DNA from: an uncultured Spirochaetales bacterium
GTDB taxonomy: Bacteria; Spirochaetota; Spirochaetia; DSM-27196; CAZFLD01
Assembly (NCBI GenBank): GCA_964519835.1
Contig: CAZFLD010000016.1
Coordinates: 825 to 64,824, forward strand
Length of the DNA: 64,000 bases
Direction of reading: 5' to 3'
In this document: positions 10,490-20,079 of the stretch, in pieces
Layout of the letters: each line of letters starts with the position of its first letter
How positions within the stretch are numbered: the stretch's first letter is position 1
Program-made: the position numbers and the translations under genes
Notes under the pieces: model-generated
What the model saw: only the letters and a program-made list of their open reading frames with translations
Database searches by the model: none
What the model was told of the DNA's origin: nothing

Positions 10490-10647
10490 CCGGCCAACGC
10501 CCGTCGGGAAGTTGCTGGGCCAACACAAAGTCGACCACCGACTCGAGCACTGAGGGATCGATCCCGAAGTAGCAGGCGTAGTACAAAAACATGCCGTTGA
10601 TGCATAGGCCCGCCTCCGAGCAACCAATCGATGACTTTGGTCTCCAT
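10490..10647 (-). pseudogene. Internally deleted remnant of a prenyltransferase/squalene-cyclase-repeat family hypothetical protein
   Basis: METKVIDWLL joins, in another frame, CINGMFLYYACYFG…VVDFVLAQQLPDGRW (QxxDGxW repeat). TATAAT lies 6 nt before the ATG. Confidence 0.55.
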
Positions 10648-10670
10648 AGCCCCATTATATAATAAGGAAC

Positions 10671-11143
10671 ATGAGTACTCCGATTCTTTACACAAACGAC
10701 GGAACATAAAACGCGCCTCGCTTGCGCATCGATCTGAACCTCGGCAATCTCGACGGGCTGCCGGATTGGTCCAAGGGACCGCGCCAACACGCCTGGAGAG
10801 ATCCATGAAGTCGCAAAGCGCGCGGCCGACGGCGGCTACGAGTGCGCTACCCTCCACGTCGCCTGGGGCATGGAGGACGACAAAGAGATAGACCGCCTGC
10901 TAACAGCCGTCATAGACTCCTCCTCCCGTCACGGGATTCCGCTTTACGTGGAGACCCACCGCGCCACCATCACCCAGGATCTCTACCGCACCGTCAAGCT
11001 TACGGAACGTAATCCCGATGTGCGATTCAACGCCGATTTTAGCCACTGGTACACGGGACAGGAGATGATCTACGGCGACATCGACGCCAAGTTCGACTTT
11101 ATCGAGCCCGTCTTGGCGCGCCTTGCCTATATGCACGCCCGCG
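10671..11143 (+). pseudogene. Xylose-isomerase-like TIM-barrel (sugar phosphate isomerase/epimerase) pseudogene
   Basis: ATG at 10671 after AAGGA, an in-frame TAA at codon 13 and a frameshift near 10785. Then TLHVAWG…YVETHRATITQD…RFNADFSHW…MHAR; C-terminus missing. Confidence 0.75.
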
Positions 11144-11582
11144 ATGGCAGGTTTCCTTCGCGGCGCCGGCCCGCGCCGAGGCCGTCGCGGACTTCGATCC
11201 CCGTACCCAGTGTGATGTTTTCGAGTGCCAAAAGCTCGACGATCGGATCCACGAGCTTTATCCATAGTGCCTTGTCAGTTATTAGCAGGGATAGCTCGGG
11301 ACGGAGGATTTCTTGGCCCCCGGGCAGATGGCTTACAATCGCCTTGCACAGGAAGCGGACGCAGTCCCGGGTGAGGTTTGTACGACCACTACTGAGCGTG
11401 CCTAAGGGTATACGGTAGGGGCCCGCGGGATTAGCGAGGGCGAAGCATTCGCCGCCTACAAATCCACCCGCGAGGCAGGCTACAATCTTCTCTTGAACAT
11501 CGGTCCAATGCCGAGTGGCCGTTTTCCGCCGGAAGGTGTCGACCTGCTTCTGCGCCTTGCCGAGCAAATTGACAGAGGATAG
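11143..11582 (+). pseudogene. C-terminal remnant of an alpha-L-fucosidase (GH29)
   Basis: One frame reads FECQKLDDRIHELYP*CLVSY*QG*LGTEDFLAP…PGEVCTT…*GY…GYNLLLNIGPMPSG. NLLLNIGP is the GH29 signature. Four internal stops; ends 4 nt before the sulfatase ATG. Confidence 0.75.
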
Positions 11583-11586
11583 CAAC

Positions 11587-13119
11587 ATGAACAAACCAAA
11601 CGTCGTCGTTTTGTTTACCGACGATCAACGCTACGACACAATTGCCGCTCTGGGTAATTCCGAGGTCAAGACCCCGAATCTCGACAAGTTGGTAGCGCGC
11701 GGCACGAGCTTTACCCACGCCCACATTCCCTGCGGGACGGTAGGCGCAGTGTGTATGCCGAGTCGTGCCATGCTCCACACCGGCCGGAGCCTCTACCACC
11801 TTGGGACCGAGGAGGAACCCGACAATGCCGGTGCGACGATCCCGCAGGAGCACACCTTGATGGGCGAGGTGTTTCGCGCCGCAGGCTACGACACGTTTGG
11901 CACCGGCAAATGGCACAACGGGCCGGCCGCTTTCAACCGCAGCTTTGGCTCGGGAAAGGAGATCATGTTCGGCGGGATGGCCGACCACTGGAACGTGCCG
12001 ATGTGTGACCACGATCCTTCCGGAAACTACGACAATCTGCGGCCGATGATCCATGACCCATATGGTAGCAATGAGATATCCATGCATCACGTCGATCACA
12101 TTCATCCGGGTTCACATTCCACGGACCTCGTCGCCGACGCTGCCATTGCGTTCATCCGGGGTGCGGCGGCGGATGCCGAAAATCCCGCGGGTCCCCGTGA
12201 TGCCTCCAAGCCGTTTCTCGCCTACGTATCGTTTCTTGCGCCCCACGATCCCAGGTCCATGCCAAAGCGTTTCTTAGACATGTACGATCCGGCCTCGATC
12301 ACGTTGCCGGAGTCCTTTGCTCCGGAGCATGTCTTTGACTTTGGTGTTTCACAGATCCGGGACGAGCTACTCGAGGAGTATCCCCGAAGCCAAACCGCCG
12401 TCAGGGGGCACATCGCCGAGTACTACGCGATGATCAGCCACATCGACGAGGCGGTGGGGCGTGTGGTCGGTGCGCTGGAGCAGCAGGGCGTCCTCGACAA
12501 CACGATCATCGTGTTCGCGGGAGACAACGGCCTCGCCCTCGGCCGCCACGGGCTTATCGGCAAGCAGAGCAACTACGATCACAGTGTGCGAGTGCCGCTT
12601 ATGTTTGCGGGGCCGGGTGTTCCGGCCGGCAGGCAAACCGACGCCTACGCATATCTCTTTGACGTCTTCCCGACACTGTGCGATCTGACCGGCTTGGTGA
12701 CGCCTTCGAGCGTCGAGGGAAAAAGCCTGACGCCGGCGTTTGTTTTGGCCGAGGTCTCCGACGGCGGGGCGGCCGAGAGCTGCGCGACCGGTCACGCCAT
12801 AGGTCGCCGCGACGTGTTGTACTTCGGTTACGGCGATTTGCTTCGCAGTGCAAAAGACAAGCGCCACAAAATAGTCTTGTATGCGAACAAAGACCGCAAC
12901 TACATCCAAATGTTCGACCTTGTGAACGACCCGGAAGAAATCAAAAACATCGCCGGACTCCCGGAGACGGCCGCGGCGCAGGCGGCGCTGTCCGATGCGC
13001 TGATGGAATTGCGGGACGAATGGGAAGATCGCAAGACGTGCTGGGGCCGTGACTTCTGGAACCGCTTCGAGGGCAACGGGAGCCTTGCCGGGGCTCATAT
13101 CGTGCGGAGCGCCTTGTGA
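11587..13119 (+). CDS. S1 (formylglycine-dependent) sulfatase, Cys type, no signal peptide
   Basis: KPNVVVLFTDDQ, CMPSRAMLHTG (CxPxR), GKWH, APHDP and GDNG motifs; ATG at 11587 after GAGG. Confidence 0.92.
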   Translation: MNKPNVVVLFTDDQRYDTIAALGNSEVKTPNLDKLVARGTSFTHAHIPCGTVGAVCMPSRAMLHTGRSLYHLGTEEEPDNAGATIPQEHTLMGEVFRAAGYDTFGTGKWHNGPAAFNRSFGSGKEIMFGGMADHWNVPMCDHDPSGNYDNLRPMIHDPYGSNEISMHHVDHIHPGSHSTDLVADAAIAFIRGAAADAENPAGPRDASKPFLAYVSFLAPHDPRSMPKRFLDMYDPASITLPESFAPEHVFDFGVSQIRDELLEEYPRSQTAVRGHIAEYYAMISHIDEAVGRVVGALEQQGVLDNTIIVFAGDNGLALGRHGLIGKQSNYDHSVRVPLMFAGPGVPAGRQTDAYAYLFDVFPTLCDLTGLVTPSSVEGKSLTPAFVLAEVSDGGAAESCATGHAIGRRDVLYFGYGDLLRSAKDKRHKIVLYANKDRNYIQMFDLVNDPEEIKNIAGLPETAAAQAALSDALMELRDEWEDRKTCWGRDFWNRFEGNGSLAGAHIVRSAL

Positions 13120-14660
13120 AAAACATCCTTTTTATTACTACCGACCAGCAGCACCACATGGCAATGGGCTATCGAAACCCCGAAGTAAAGACCCCAAACC
13201 TCGATCGCCTCGTCTCCCAGGGCATGACCTTCCATCGCGCCTACACCGTGAACCCCACCTGCACACCGACTCGCGCAAGCCTTCTGACCGGCACCTATCC
13301 GAGTCAGCACGGCGCCTATAGCCTGGGCACCAAACTCCTGGAGAATCGAAAGTCTATCGGGGAGTACCTACGTGGAGATGGGGTTAGGAGCGCGCTCGTC
13401 GGCAAGGCTCACTTTCAGCCGCTTCGCTCCACCCACGAGTACTCGTCCCTCGAGGCCTACCCAAAGCTTCACGATCTCGATTTCTGGCGAAGCTTTCACG
13501 GCCCGTTCTACGGGTTCGACCACGTCGAGCTCGCGCGGAACCACACGGACGAGTCTCATGTCGGCCAGCACTACGCGCTCTGGATGGAAGAGAAGGGCCT
13601 TTGGAACTGGCGCGATTATTTCCTGCCGAACACACCCCAAACGACCTTCGAAGGCGATACGCTCACCGAATCGCAGCACACGCCCCGTGTCCCCGGTCAG
13701 GCCTGGGAAATCCCGGTCCAGTACCATTACAACGCCTGGATTGCCGATCGCACAAATGCCCTCATAAAACAGTACGCGGAGTCCGGCGATCGGTTTTATC
13801 TTTGGGCGAGCTTTTTTGATCCGCATCCGCAGTATATGGTGCCGGAGCCCTACGCATCCATGTACGACCCGGAACACGTCACCGTGCCCGAGCACACGCC
13901 CGGCGAGTTCGACGACAAGCCGCCCTACTACAAAAAGGCGCTCGAGGAGAATCCCGACGTTAGCGAGTTCCAGGAGCCCGAAGGAAACGCGATCCACGGC
14001 GGGGGAAGCCATCTCAAGAGTCGCGAGGACAAGGCAAAAAACATCGCCATGATGTACGGCATGATGACGATGCTCGACGACTACATCGGTAGTATTCTCG
14101 ACAACCTTGATCAGCTCGGCCTGGCCGACCAAACACTTGTGTGTTTCACAACCGACCACGGCGACTTTTTTGGGCAGCACGGCCTGACGGCAAAGGCGAT
14201 CCACCACTACGAGGATGTAATCCGAGTGCCGCTGGTCGTGCGCCTTCCCGGAAGCGTGCCCGCCGGCATAACAAGCGAATCACTCCAGTCGTTGGTGGAC
14301 CTTCCGGCGACCCTTTTGTCCATGCTCGGCCTTGCCGTGCCCCGGGAGATGACCGGCGTCGATCAGTCGGCCGTGTGGAGGGGCGAGGCGGACACAATTC
14401 GCCGTCGTCTTATCGTGGAGAATCAACACCAGCCGACAAAACTAAACATCCGAAGCTTGGTGACGGATCGCTACAAGATCACCGTCCACATGAACCGCGA
14501 CTACGGCGAGCTCTATGACCTTCAAGAGGATCCGGGTGAGCTCGTGAATCTCTGGGATCACCCCGAGGCGGCGGGGCTCAAGAGCCGCCTGCTGCTCGAG
14601 TTTATCCACGAGGAGATGGCAAAGGCGCCGCTTCCCATGCCGAGGATCTACGGCGCGTAG
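13116..14660 (+). CDS. S1 sulfatase, Cys type
   Basis: NILFITTDQ, CTPTRASLLTG, GKAH, DPHP, TDHG and ELYDL..DPGE motifs; GTGA overlap with the upstream sulfatase. Confidence 0.92.
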   Translation: MKNILFITTDQQHHMAMGYRNPEVKTPNLDRLVSQGMTFHRAYTVNPTCTPTRASLLTGTYPSQHGAYSLGTKLLENRKSIGEYLRGDGVRSALVGKAHFQPLRSTHEYSSLEAYPKLHDLDFWRSFHGPFYGFDHVELARNHTDESHVGQHYALWMEEKGLWNWRDYFLPNTPQTTFEGDTLTESQHTPRVPGQAWEIPVQYHYNAWIADRTNALIKQYAESGDRFYLWASFFDPHPQYMVPEPYASMYDPEHVTVPEHTPGEFDDKPPYYKKALEENPDVSEFQEPEGNAIHGGGSHLKSREDKAKNIAMMYGMMTMLDDYIGSILDNLDQLGLADQTLVCFTTDHGDFFGQHGLTAKAIHHYEDVIRVPLVVRLPGSVPAGITSESLQSLVDLPATLLSMLGLAVPREMTGVDQSAVWRGEADTIRRRLIVENQHQPTKLNIRSLVTDRYKITVHMNRDYGELYDLQEDPGELVNLWDHPEAAGLKSRLLLEFIHEEMAKAPLPMPRIYGA

Positions 14661-14689
14661 TGGGCCGCCGCACCCACGAACCACGCCGA

Positions 14690-14985
14690 CGCGAGGCCGA
14701 TGATTTCCTCGAGCGTTATCACTTCATCCAAGAGATACGCATCTCTGTTGCTTTGAGTCCACAGGATGGGACGGGGAAGCTCGGTAAAAAAGGCGCCGTA
14801 CAGCGACTGACCAAAAAAAGAGCTCCAGCTGTTTCCGATCTCGCAGACCGGCGGAGCTCTGCATCAATTCTGAGGCGAATGTATCGAACTCGCCGGGAGT
14901 CAGGTCCGGATGAACGGCAACGTAGGCCGCCATGGCTTCCGCCGCGGAAAGCTGGTCTTGTAGGCGCCGTATTGTTTTTTGTCAT
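14690..14985 (-). pseudogene. Possible CHASE-type sensor-domain remnant
   Basis: AMAAYVAVHPDLTPGEFDTFASELM resembles the start of CHASE domains; no intact frame. Confidence 0.3.
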
Positions 14986-15077
14986 GGTAACAATCGGGCA
15001 CTAATCACAGGATCTATACGCGGCCCCGAGTGTATCATACAATCCCTGTAATAAAACTCAGGCCCAGGGAGGTGTGT

Positions 15078-15482
15078 ATGACTTTTGGTCAGACCAAAAG
15101 CGCTGGATTGTTGGATCTCCGCGCAGACTCGGTTATTGCGGATGTCGCAACGGCTTTTTGTATGGACGGGGAAGAGGCCGGTCGCTTCAGCCGGAAGTGG
15201 ATTACGCGCCTCGAACCCATCGCTCATTTTGGACAAGGCGACCAGGCGATTATCCGGCGTGGTCTTGCTCATCTGGCCCTCAACATGGTCGATGACTATC
15301 GTCGCGACGTCGACATCGACCAAAGCATCGGCAAGTACAACCCTGTGGCGGCCGGCGTTTGGGACGCCGAGAGTATCGCAGAGGAGCTCGAGGCAATTAT
15401 AGAAGCAACGGAGAGTCCCGAGCTCGACCACATCGTGTACGGCGACGGCGGCGGGACAACACAAGACTGGTGGATGTGGTAA
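15078..15482 (+). CDS. Hypothetical 134-aa protein with a DDYRRDxxxDxxxGKYNP motif and a C-terminal GGGTTQDWWMW tail
   Basis: Strong SD GGAGG at 15068 and ATG at 15078; the stop overlaps the start region of the downstream kinase. Confidence 0.75.
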   Translation: MTFGQTKSAGLLDLRADSVIADVATAFCMDGEEAGRFSRKWITRLEPIAHFGQGDQAIIRRGLAHLALNMVDDYRRDVDIDQSIGKYNPVAAGVWDAESIAEELEAIIEATESPELDHIVYGDGGGTTQDWWMW

Positions 15483-16657
15483 AAGACGCCCGGGCATCTT
15501 CAGCGACCGCGCGCCTTCACGGGCGCGTGGGTCTTATTATCGCGATAGCCGGAATCCTCGTTCTGATTATCAACTTGGTCACCATGCCCCCTGAAGTACG
15601 GGGGCTGGCATTTCATCGGATACTGGTCTATCCACAGATAGGCGGAGTGGTGCTGGTCGCAGGTCTGACCTTGTTCGCAGCGCAAAAGTCCGAGCTTCGC
15701 CTGTGGGACGTGCTGATAACGGCGATAGTTGGACTTGTGGCTACGGCCGATGCCGCCAGTGCAAATCTCACCGGTTTTGTCTTTCTGCTCCTATCCGTAC
15801 TCATTGCGTGGCAGTACGGATATCTCGTGACACGCACCCGCACAAAGCTCGCTGTGATCCTGATCCTATACGCAGGTTCCATGGTAACCAGCGTTGTTCG
15901 GTCAGAGTCGGTGCGTGCTTCGGGCGTGGCCATGACCGGTCTGGCCGCGGTGGTTGTTTGCGGGATAATGTGGCTTGTTGTCTTTCGTGGTGTGACCAAA
16001 GACCGACAGCGGGCCGCACAGCTCGAAAGGACCGTCGCGGAACGAACTCACGAGCTTGATAAGGCACTAAGGACTCAACAGAACCTGCTCCTCGAGGTTC
16101 ACCACCGCACAAAAAACAACCTCCAGATTGTTTCGTCGATCCTGGCCCTCGAATGGAATCGGAGCGGCGAGCTTCCGACCGATGCGGCGGTCCGGCACAC
16201 TCAGATGCGCTTGCGGGCGCTTGCCGACACCCACGATGTTCTCTACAGCAAGACGCCCGACCAAAAGACGGATTTTGCCGCTTTTGTGGAGGACTTCATG
16301 GACCGTGTCCTAACCGACGCCCATGGCGGACCTCCCATCGACACCGATATTCACTTCAACACCGACGTGCCGTTGGATTGGGCAATACGCATGGCCCTGC
16401 TTTTCAACGAGATTATCCTGCAAGTCATGACGACGAACGCGGGAGAAGGGGCCCGACGGACCGTAAGCCTCATCTCGCGTGAGGAAAGCGAAACGGCACG
16501 TATCTCGGTCGACAGTCCGTTGGACGAGCAGTCGCTCCGATTTGTGCAAGCCGTGGCGGCGGGCCTATCCGGAAGCGCTAGAATTGACGAGCGCGGCGAA
16601 GGCATCGTTGTGGAGATCCCACTCCCGGACGAGGCGGAAGCCATCCGCGAGTTCTGA
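15470..16657 (+). CDS. Multi-TM (about 6) HisKA_2 sensor kinase-like protein with a degenerate ATPase domain
   Basis: Hydrophobic N-terminal half and EVHHRTKNNLQ H-box. N-box reads NEIILQV and no DxGxG is seen. GTG starts at 15470 or 15476. Confidence 0.8.
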   Translation: MDVVKDARASSATARLHGRVGLIIAIAGILVLIINLVTMPPEVRGLAFHRILVYPQIGGVVLVAGLTLFAAQKSELRLWDVLITAIVGLVATADAASANLTGFVFLLLSVLIAWQYGYLVTRTRTKLAVILILYAGSMVTSVVRSESVRASGVAMTGLAAVVVCGIMWLVVFRGVTKDRQRAAQLERTVAERTHELDKALRTQQNLLLEVHHRTKNNLQIVSSILALEWNRSGELPTDAAVRHTQMRLRALADTHDVLYSKTPDQKTDFAAFVEDFMDRVLTDAHGGPPIDTDIHFNTDVPLDWAIRMALLFNEIILQVMTTNAGEGARRTVSLISREESETARISVDSPLDEQSLRFVQAVAAGLSGSARIDERGEGIVVEIPLPDEAEAIREF

Positions 16658-16757
16658 GACTGCTACCACCCGTAGACCGATCTACTCTGCTCGCTCCTAT
16701 TGCTCGATACATACTCGACCACAACACGATAGGTGTGGGCGGCCGTTGCAGGGCCTT

Positions 16758-17723
16758 CTATGCCCCGGCGGCGGCGCGCCGGATGGTCTCCAAACATCGC
16801 AGGGCGCCGATCTGGTAGTAGGATTCTCCTGGATACATAATGATGTGCTTGATGTTCATCTTGAGGTTGTAGATCGCCACGCGTGTCTCGAAGCCGTCGT
16901 CCACATCGTAGGCGCTGCGGTAGATTTCGAGGAAGTTACGGTCTGCTACGCCGAAGAGCATCGCAAAAGAAATCTCGCGAGCGTAGTCCGCGAAAAATCC
17001 GGGAATGTCGATAAACCCCGTAACACGAGGCGGGTCCGCCTCGGCGTCGATCATGACGTTGCCGCTCCAGATATCGTAGTGGGTCATTACCGGCACCGTC
17101 ACTTGTGACAAAAAGTGCGCGAGCTCGGGACGAATCTCCCGCGCGCCCTCCAGAACCGGCTCCGGCACCACGGCGGCGGACTCGGCCTCGGATAGTACGG
17201 TATCAAAGCGAGGCAACCAGAACTCACTCCACGCTTCGTGCCGATCCTCCGGATGCAACTCCACGCCGCCGAAACCTATCCCCCGTCTTGCGTGCAATTC
17301 CACCACACACTCGGCTATCTCGCGGATAATGCGCCTTCGTTCGCCGTAGTTCAGAAGACCAAGGCACTGGTGCATAACCTCGCCCGGAAGACGAGTCATA
17401 ACCAACGCGGTGCCGGGGATGTGCGTGCCGTGATCTAGAAACAGGGGCTCGGGCACCGGCATATCACTCCGCTCCGCAAACTCCCTGAGGACCAAAAACT
17501 CCCGAGCAATCCGCCCATCATCATCGTGGGGGCTAATCTTGATGACGATCTTGGTACCCCCGGCATCCACCGCGATCACCCGATTCCAGCAACCGCCGGT
17601 TAGGATGGTATAGCCTACGACGTGCACGTTCTCGCCGAGGGCCTCGCCCGCGAGATGGCTTAAGGCCCGGTCCGAAAGAAAGGGATCAATTCGGCTATTG
17701 AGGAGCTCTTCTTGAACGTTCAC
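16758..17723 (-). CDS. Aminoglycoside phosphotransferase/fructosamine kinase-like protein
   Basis: GGCWN loop, VIK, PVPEP, HYDIWSGNVM (Brenner motif) and FID. Confidence 0.85.
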   Translation of the reverse strand: MNVQEELLNSRIDPFLSDRALSHLAGEALGENVHVVGYTILTGGCWNRVIAVDAGGTKIVIKISPHDDDGRIAREFLVLREFAERSDMPVPEPLFLDHGTHIPGTALVMTRLPGEVMHQCLGLLNYGERRRIIREIAECVVELHARRGIGFGGVELHPEDRHEAWSEFWLPRFDTVLSEAESAAVVPEPVLEGAREIRPELAHFLSQVTVPVMTHYDIWSGNVMIDAEADPPRVTGFIDIPGFFADYAREISFAMLFGVADRNFLEIYRSAYDVDDGFETRVAIYNLKMNIKHIIMYPGESYYQIGALRCLETIRRAAAGA

Positions 17724-19105
17724 GTTTCCGCGGGGATTGTGAGCACAAAACGAGCGCCGTCGCCGGAGGAAATATCGAGCGTCGCTTTGAGCTGCTGAGC
17801 GAAGCTGTCGATAAGCGTCAGGCCCAGTGATTGACGTTCGCTCTTGAGCACACTTTCGGGAAGCCCGGGTCCGTTGTCGGCAAATTCGAACCTAACGGTG
17901 TCGCCTTCGCCCTGAAGTGCAATGTGAAGTTGGAAGTCTTTGGTTTGCGGCGCGGCATGGCGAAAGGCATTGGTCATGAGCTCCGCCAGGATCAAGCCGA
18001 GTACCACCGTGGTCTTTGGACCCAGGCCGACTTCTTCGAGGGAGAGATGTAACTCCGCCTTGTTGTCATGGCTGCTCAGGTCGAGAAGATCACCTACCAA
18101 GTCTTTGATGTACTCGGCGGTGGAAATCCTCTCCACACCCGTTGCGTTTCGGTACAGGCGGTCGTGGACCCGCAGGATTGCCCCGAGATGTGCCTCCGCC
18201 TCTTCAAGCGCCTTTTGGGTCTCCGGCAGTTGCGCCGCATCCCGTTGCAGGGACAGGTAGCTGGCCACGGTAAACAGATTGTTTTTTACCCGGTGATGAA
18301 TCTCACGAATAAGAGCGTCGCGATCATCGATCGCCTTTTCCATGGACTTTTGGGCCGCGTCCGCCTCCGTCACGTCACGGAGGAGAAACAATGACACGCT
18401 CCTGTCGTGGTCGTAGATCCGCTGCCGCCGAGCCTCGAATACACGCCCCCGGTGCTCCGTCCGCTTTGTCTCGCCATCCGATATCTCGACGAGGTGGGGG
18501 GCGACCGCGGAGAGATTCTTTCCCAAGGCGTCCCGCAGCGTAGACCCAAACATCGCCAAGCCGGCCGCGTTGCTGCCGATGAGGTCCCCCGCCGCCGTGG
18601 CGAGGATAACACCCTCCTGCATGCCGTCGATGGCGGAACGTAGCTGCCGATTCTCCCACAGCAACTCCTGGCTGATCCGGCGGTGATGCAGCGATTCCAA
18701 ACCAAAAACGCCGGTCGGTTTCGCCCTCCGGTCGATCGCGGCAATTGCCTGGGACAGGACGTCGGCCATTGCCGTGGACCGGTTCTTGGCGACATGGGCG
18801 TCCGCGGGAATCTTCAGGACCTCGTCCTCCGCCTCGCGGGCTATTGCCGAAACCAGTATCACTTTTATTTGCGACCACTCCGGCTCTGAGCGGATAATCC
18901 GACAAAGAGTCGCACCGTCAACGTTCGGCATGACCAAGTCAGTTACGACTAGATCGTACGACTGGTCGATAAGTCGGTGAATTGCCTCTACGCCGGATGC
19001 CACGGTGTCCACGGCATCCCCTCGCGACTCGAAAAAGGCACGATAGAGCTCCTGGAATACAGGATCGTTTTCTACTGTGAGGACTCGACGATGGTTTTGC
19101 GGCAC
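17720..19105 (-). CDS. Hybrid REC-PAS-HisKA_2-HATPase histidine kinase
   Basis: REC with VVTDLVMP, EIHHRVKNNL, ELMTNAFRH, DNGPG and SLGL; probable GTG start at 19105 after GGAG. Confidence 0.88.
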   Translation of the reverse strand: MPQNHRRVLTVENDPVFQELYRAFFESRGDAVDTVASGVEAIHRLIDQSYDLVVTDLVMPNVDGATLCRIIRSEPEWSQIKVILVSAIAREAEDEVLKIPADAHVAKNRSTAMADVLSQAIAAIDRRAKPTGVFGLESLHHRRISQELLWENRQLRSAIDGMQEGVILATAAGDLIGSNAAGLAMFGSTLRDALGKNLSAVAPHLVEISDGETKRTEHRGRVFEARRQRIYDHDRSVSLFLLRDVTEADAAQKSMEKAIDDRDALIREIHHRVKNNLFTVASYLSLQRDAAQLPETQKALEEAEAHLGAILRVHDRLYRNATGVERISTAEYIKDLVGDLLDLSSHDNKAELHLSLEEVGLGPKTTVVLGLILAELMTNAFRHAAPQTKDFQLHIALQGEGDTVRFEFADNGPGLPESVLKSERQSLGLTLIDSFAQQLKATLDISSGDGARFVLTIPAET

Positions 19106-19232
19106 GAGTACAAGGTATCTCCAAAAAGAACGGTTGGTCCAGGGCATTGTCACCCGGACGGGTCGAGGTGCGGGTGTTTTTTTGATCGTGTACACCAAAA
19201 CTGCATTCCGTTCGTCAATACTGGGGAGCGCG

Positions 19233-19677
19233 ATGAGTGACGACGACCAACGGCAACACAGCGAAGCCAGGCGCCGCTTAGAGAAGGCTTACAAGAGCCA
19301 AAAACCGCGGTTGATGGCACGACTCCGGGCGGCAGGGCGCACCCTCGAGGAGGCGGAGGATCTGGTGCACGACGTGTATGCCGAGACCATGGAGCGCCTC
19401 CCAATTGTCGCGGGCATCTACAATCTGCCGGCGTGGATCAACTCGCTGTTTGCCAAGCGGCTAATCGACTTGTGGCGCCACGAGAAGGTGCGGGAACGAT
19501 GCGCTATCGGCGCTGCCGGCGACGCAGAGGCGGGTCATCGAGGCACGGGTCTTCGGCGGCCTTACGTTCCGGGAGATTTCGCAGCGAACCGGCGAAGGCA
19601 TAGACACACTGACCGCCCGGAAGCGTTACGCACTAAAGAACCTGTCGCGCGCGCTCCGGTACTGGATAGAAAACTAA
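19233..19677 (+). pseudogene. ECF sigma-70 factor, frameshifted between regions 2 and 4
   Basis: Region 2 reads EAEDLVHDVY…AWI…LIDLWR. After about 19495 a different frame gives ALSALPATQRRVIEARVFGGLTFREISQRTGEGIDTLTARKRYA (region 4); the linker appears deleted. Confidence 0.85.
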
Positions 19678-19698
19678 ACTACCTAGAGGAGGAGAGAA

Positions 19699-20079
19699 AT
19701 GGGAAACGACGAAGACGCATGGTGGGAAGAACGTACCCTGCCTCAAAAGATCTTTATGGGTAGCGGCTTTGGCATACTAGGCGTCGGTTTCCTGGCGTTG
19801 GTCGGGTTTGTAACGATGTCGCTCTGGAACGTTTTGATGCCCGAGATATTCGGGCTCAAGACTATCACCTACTGGCAGACCTGGGGCCTCCTTATCTTGA
19901 GTTGTATCTTTTTCAAGAACTTCGGCTCCGGGAGCAACAGCAGCAACAAAAGAAAGGAGCGGAAGCGCTCGGCACCGCTCGAACGCCGAATCCGTCCGTC
20001 TGCGATAGTGATCACAACGGGTGTCCGGTACATGCGTGGCGTCGGAAGGTCCGGTAGTCTACTCTTCCTTCGGGGATAA
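19699..20079 (+). CDS. Small membrane protein following the ECF sigma gene (possible anti-sigma); C-terminus may be aberrant
   Basis: SD GAGGAGG; two hydrophobic segments with LWNVLMPEIFGL..ITYWQ..GLLIL; 3' end runs into the MFS gene. Confidence 0.65.
   Translation: MGNDEDAWWEERTLPQKIFMGSGFGILGVGFLALVGFVTMSLWNVLMPEIFGLKTITYWQTWGLLILSCIFFKNFGSGSNSSNKRKERKRSAPLERRIRPSAIVITTGVRYMRGVGRSGSLLFLRG

Noticed and set aside
11265-11294. TAG recoding suggested by three close in-frame TAGs in the GH29 remnant
   Set aside because: The same frame also has a TAA and lacks its N-terminus, and intact genes here end in TAG.
16758-17723. Aminoglycoside resistance gene
   Set aside because: Only the generic APH/choline-kinase fold motifs are present, with no resistance or mobile context.
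19077-19763. 228-aa ORF as an intact sigma factor
   Set aside because: Region 4 is in another frame, and the ORF tail is out-of-frame sequence.
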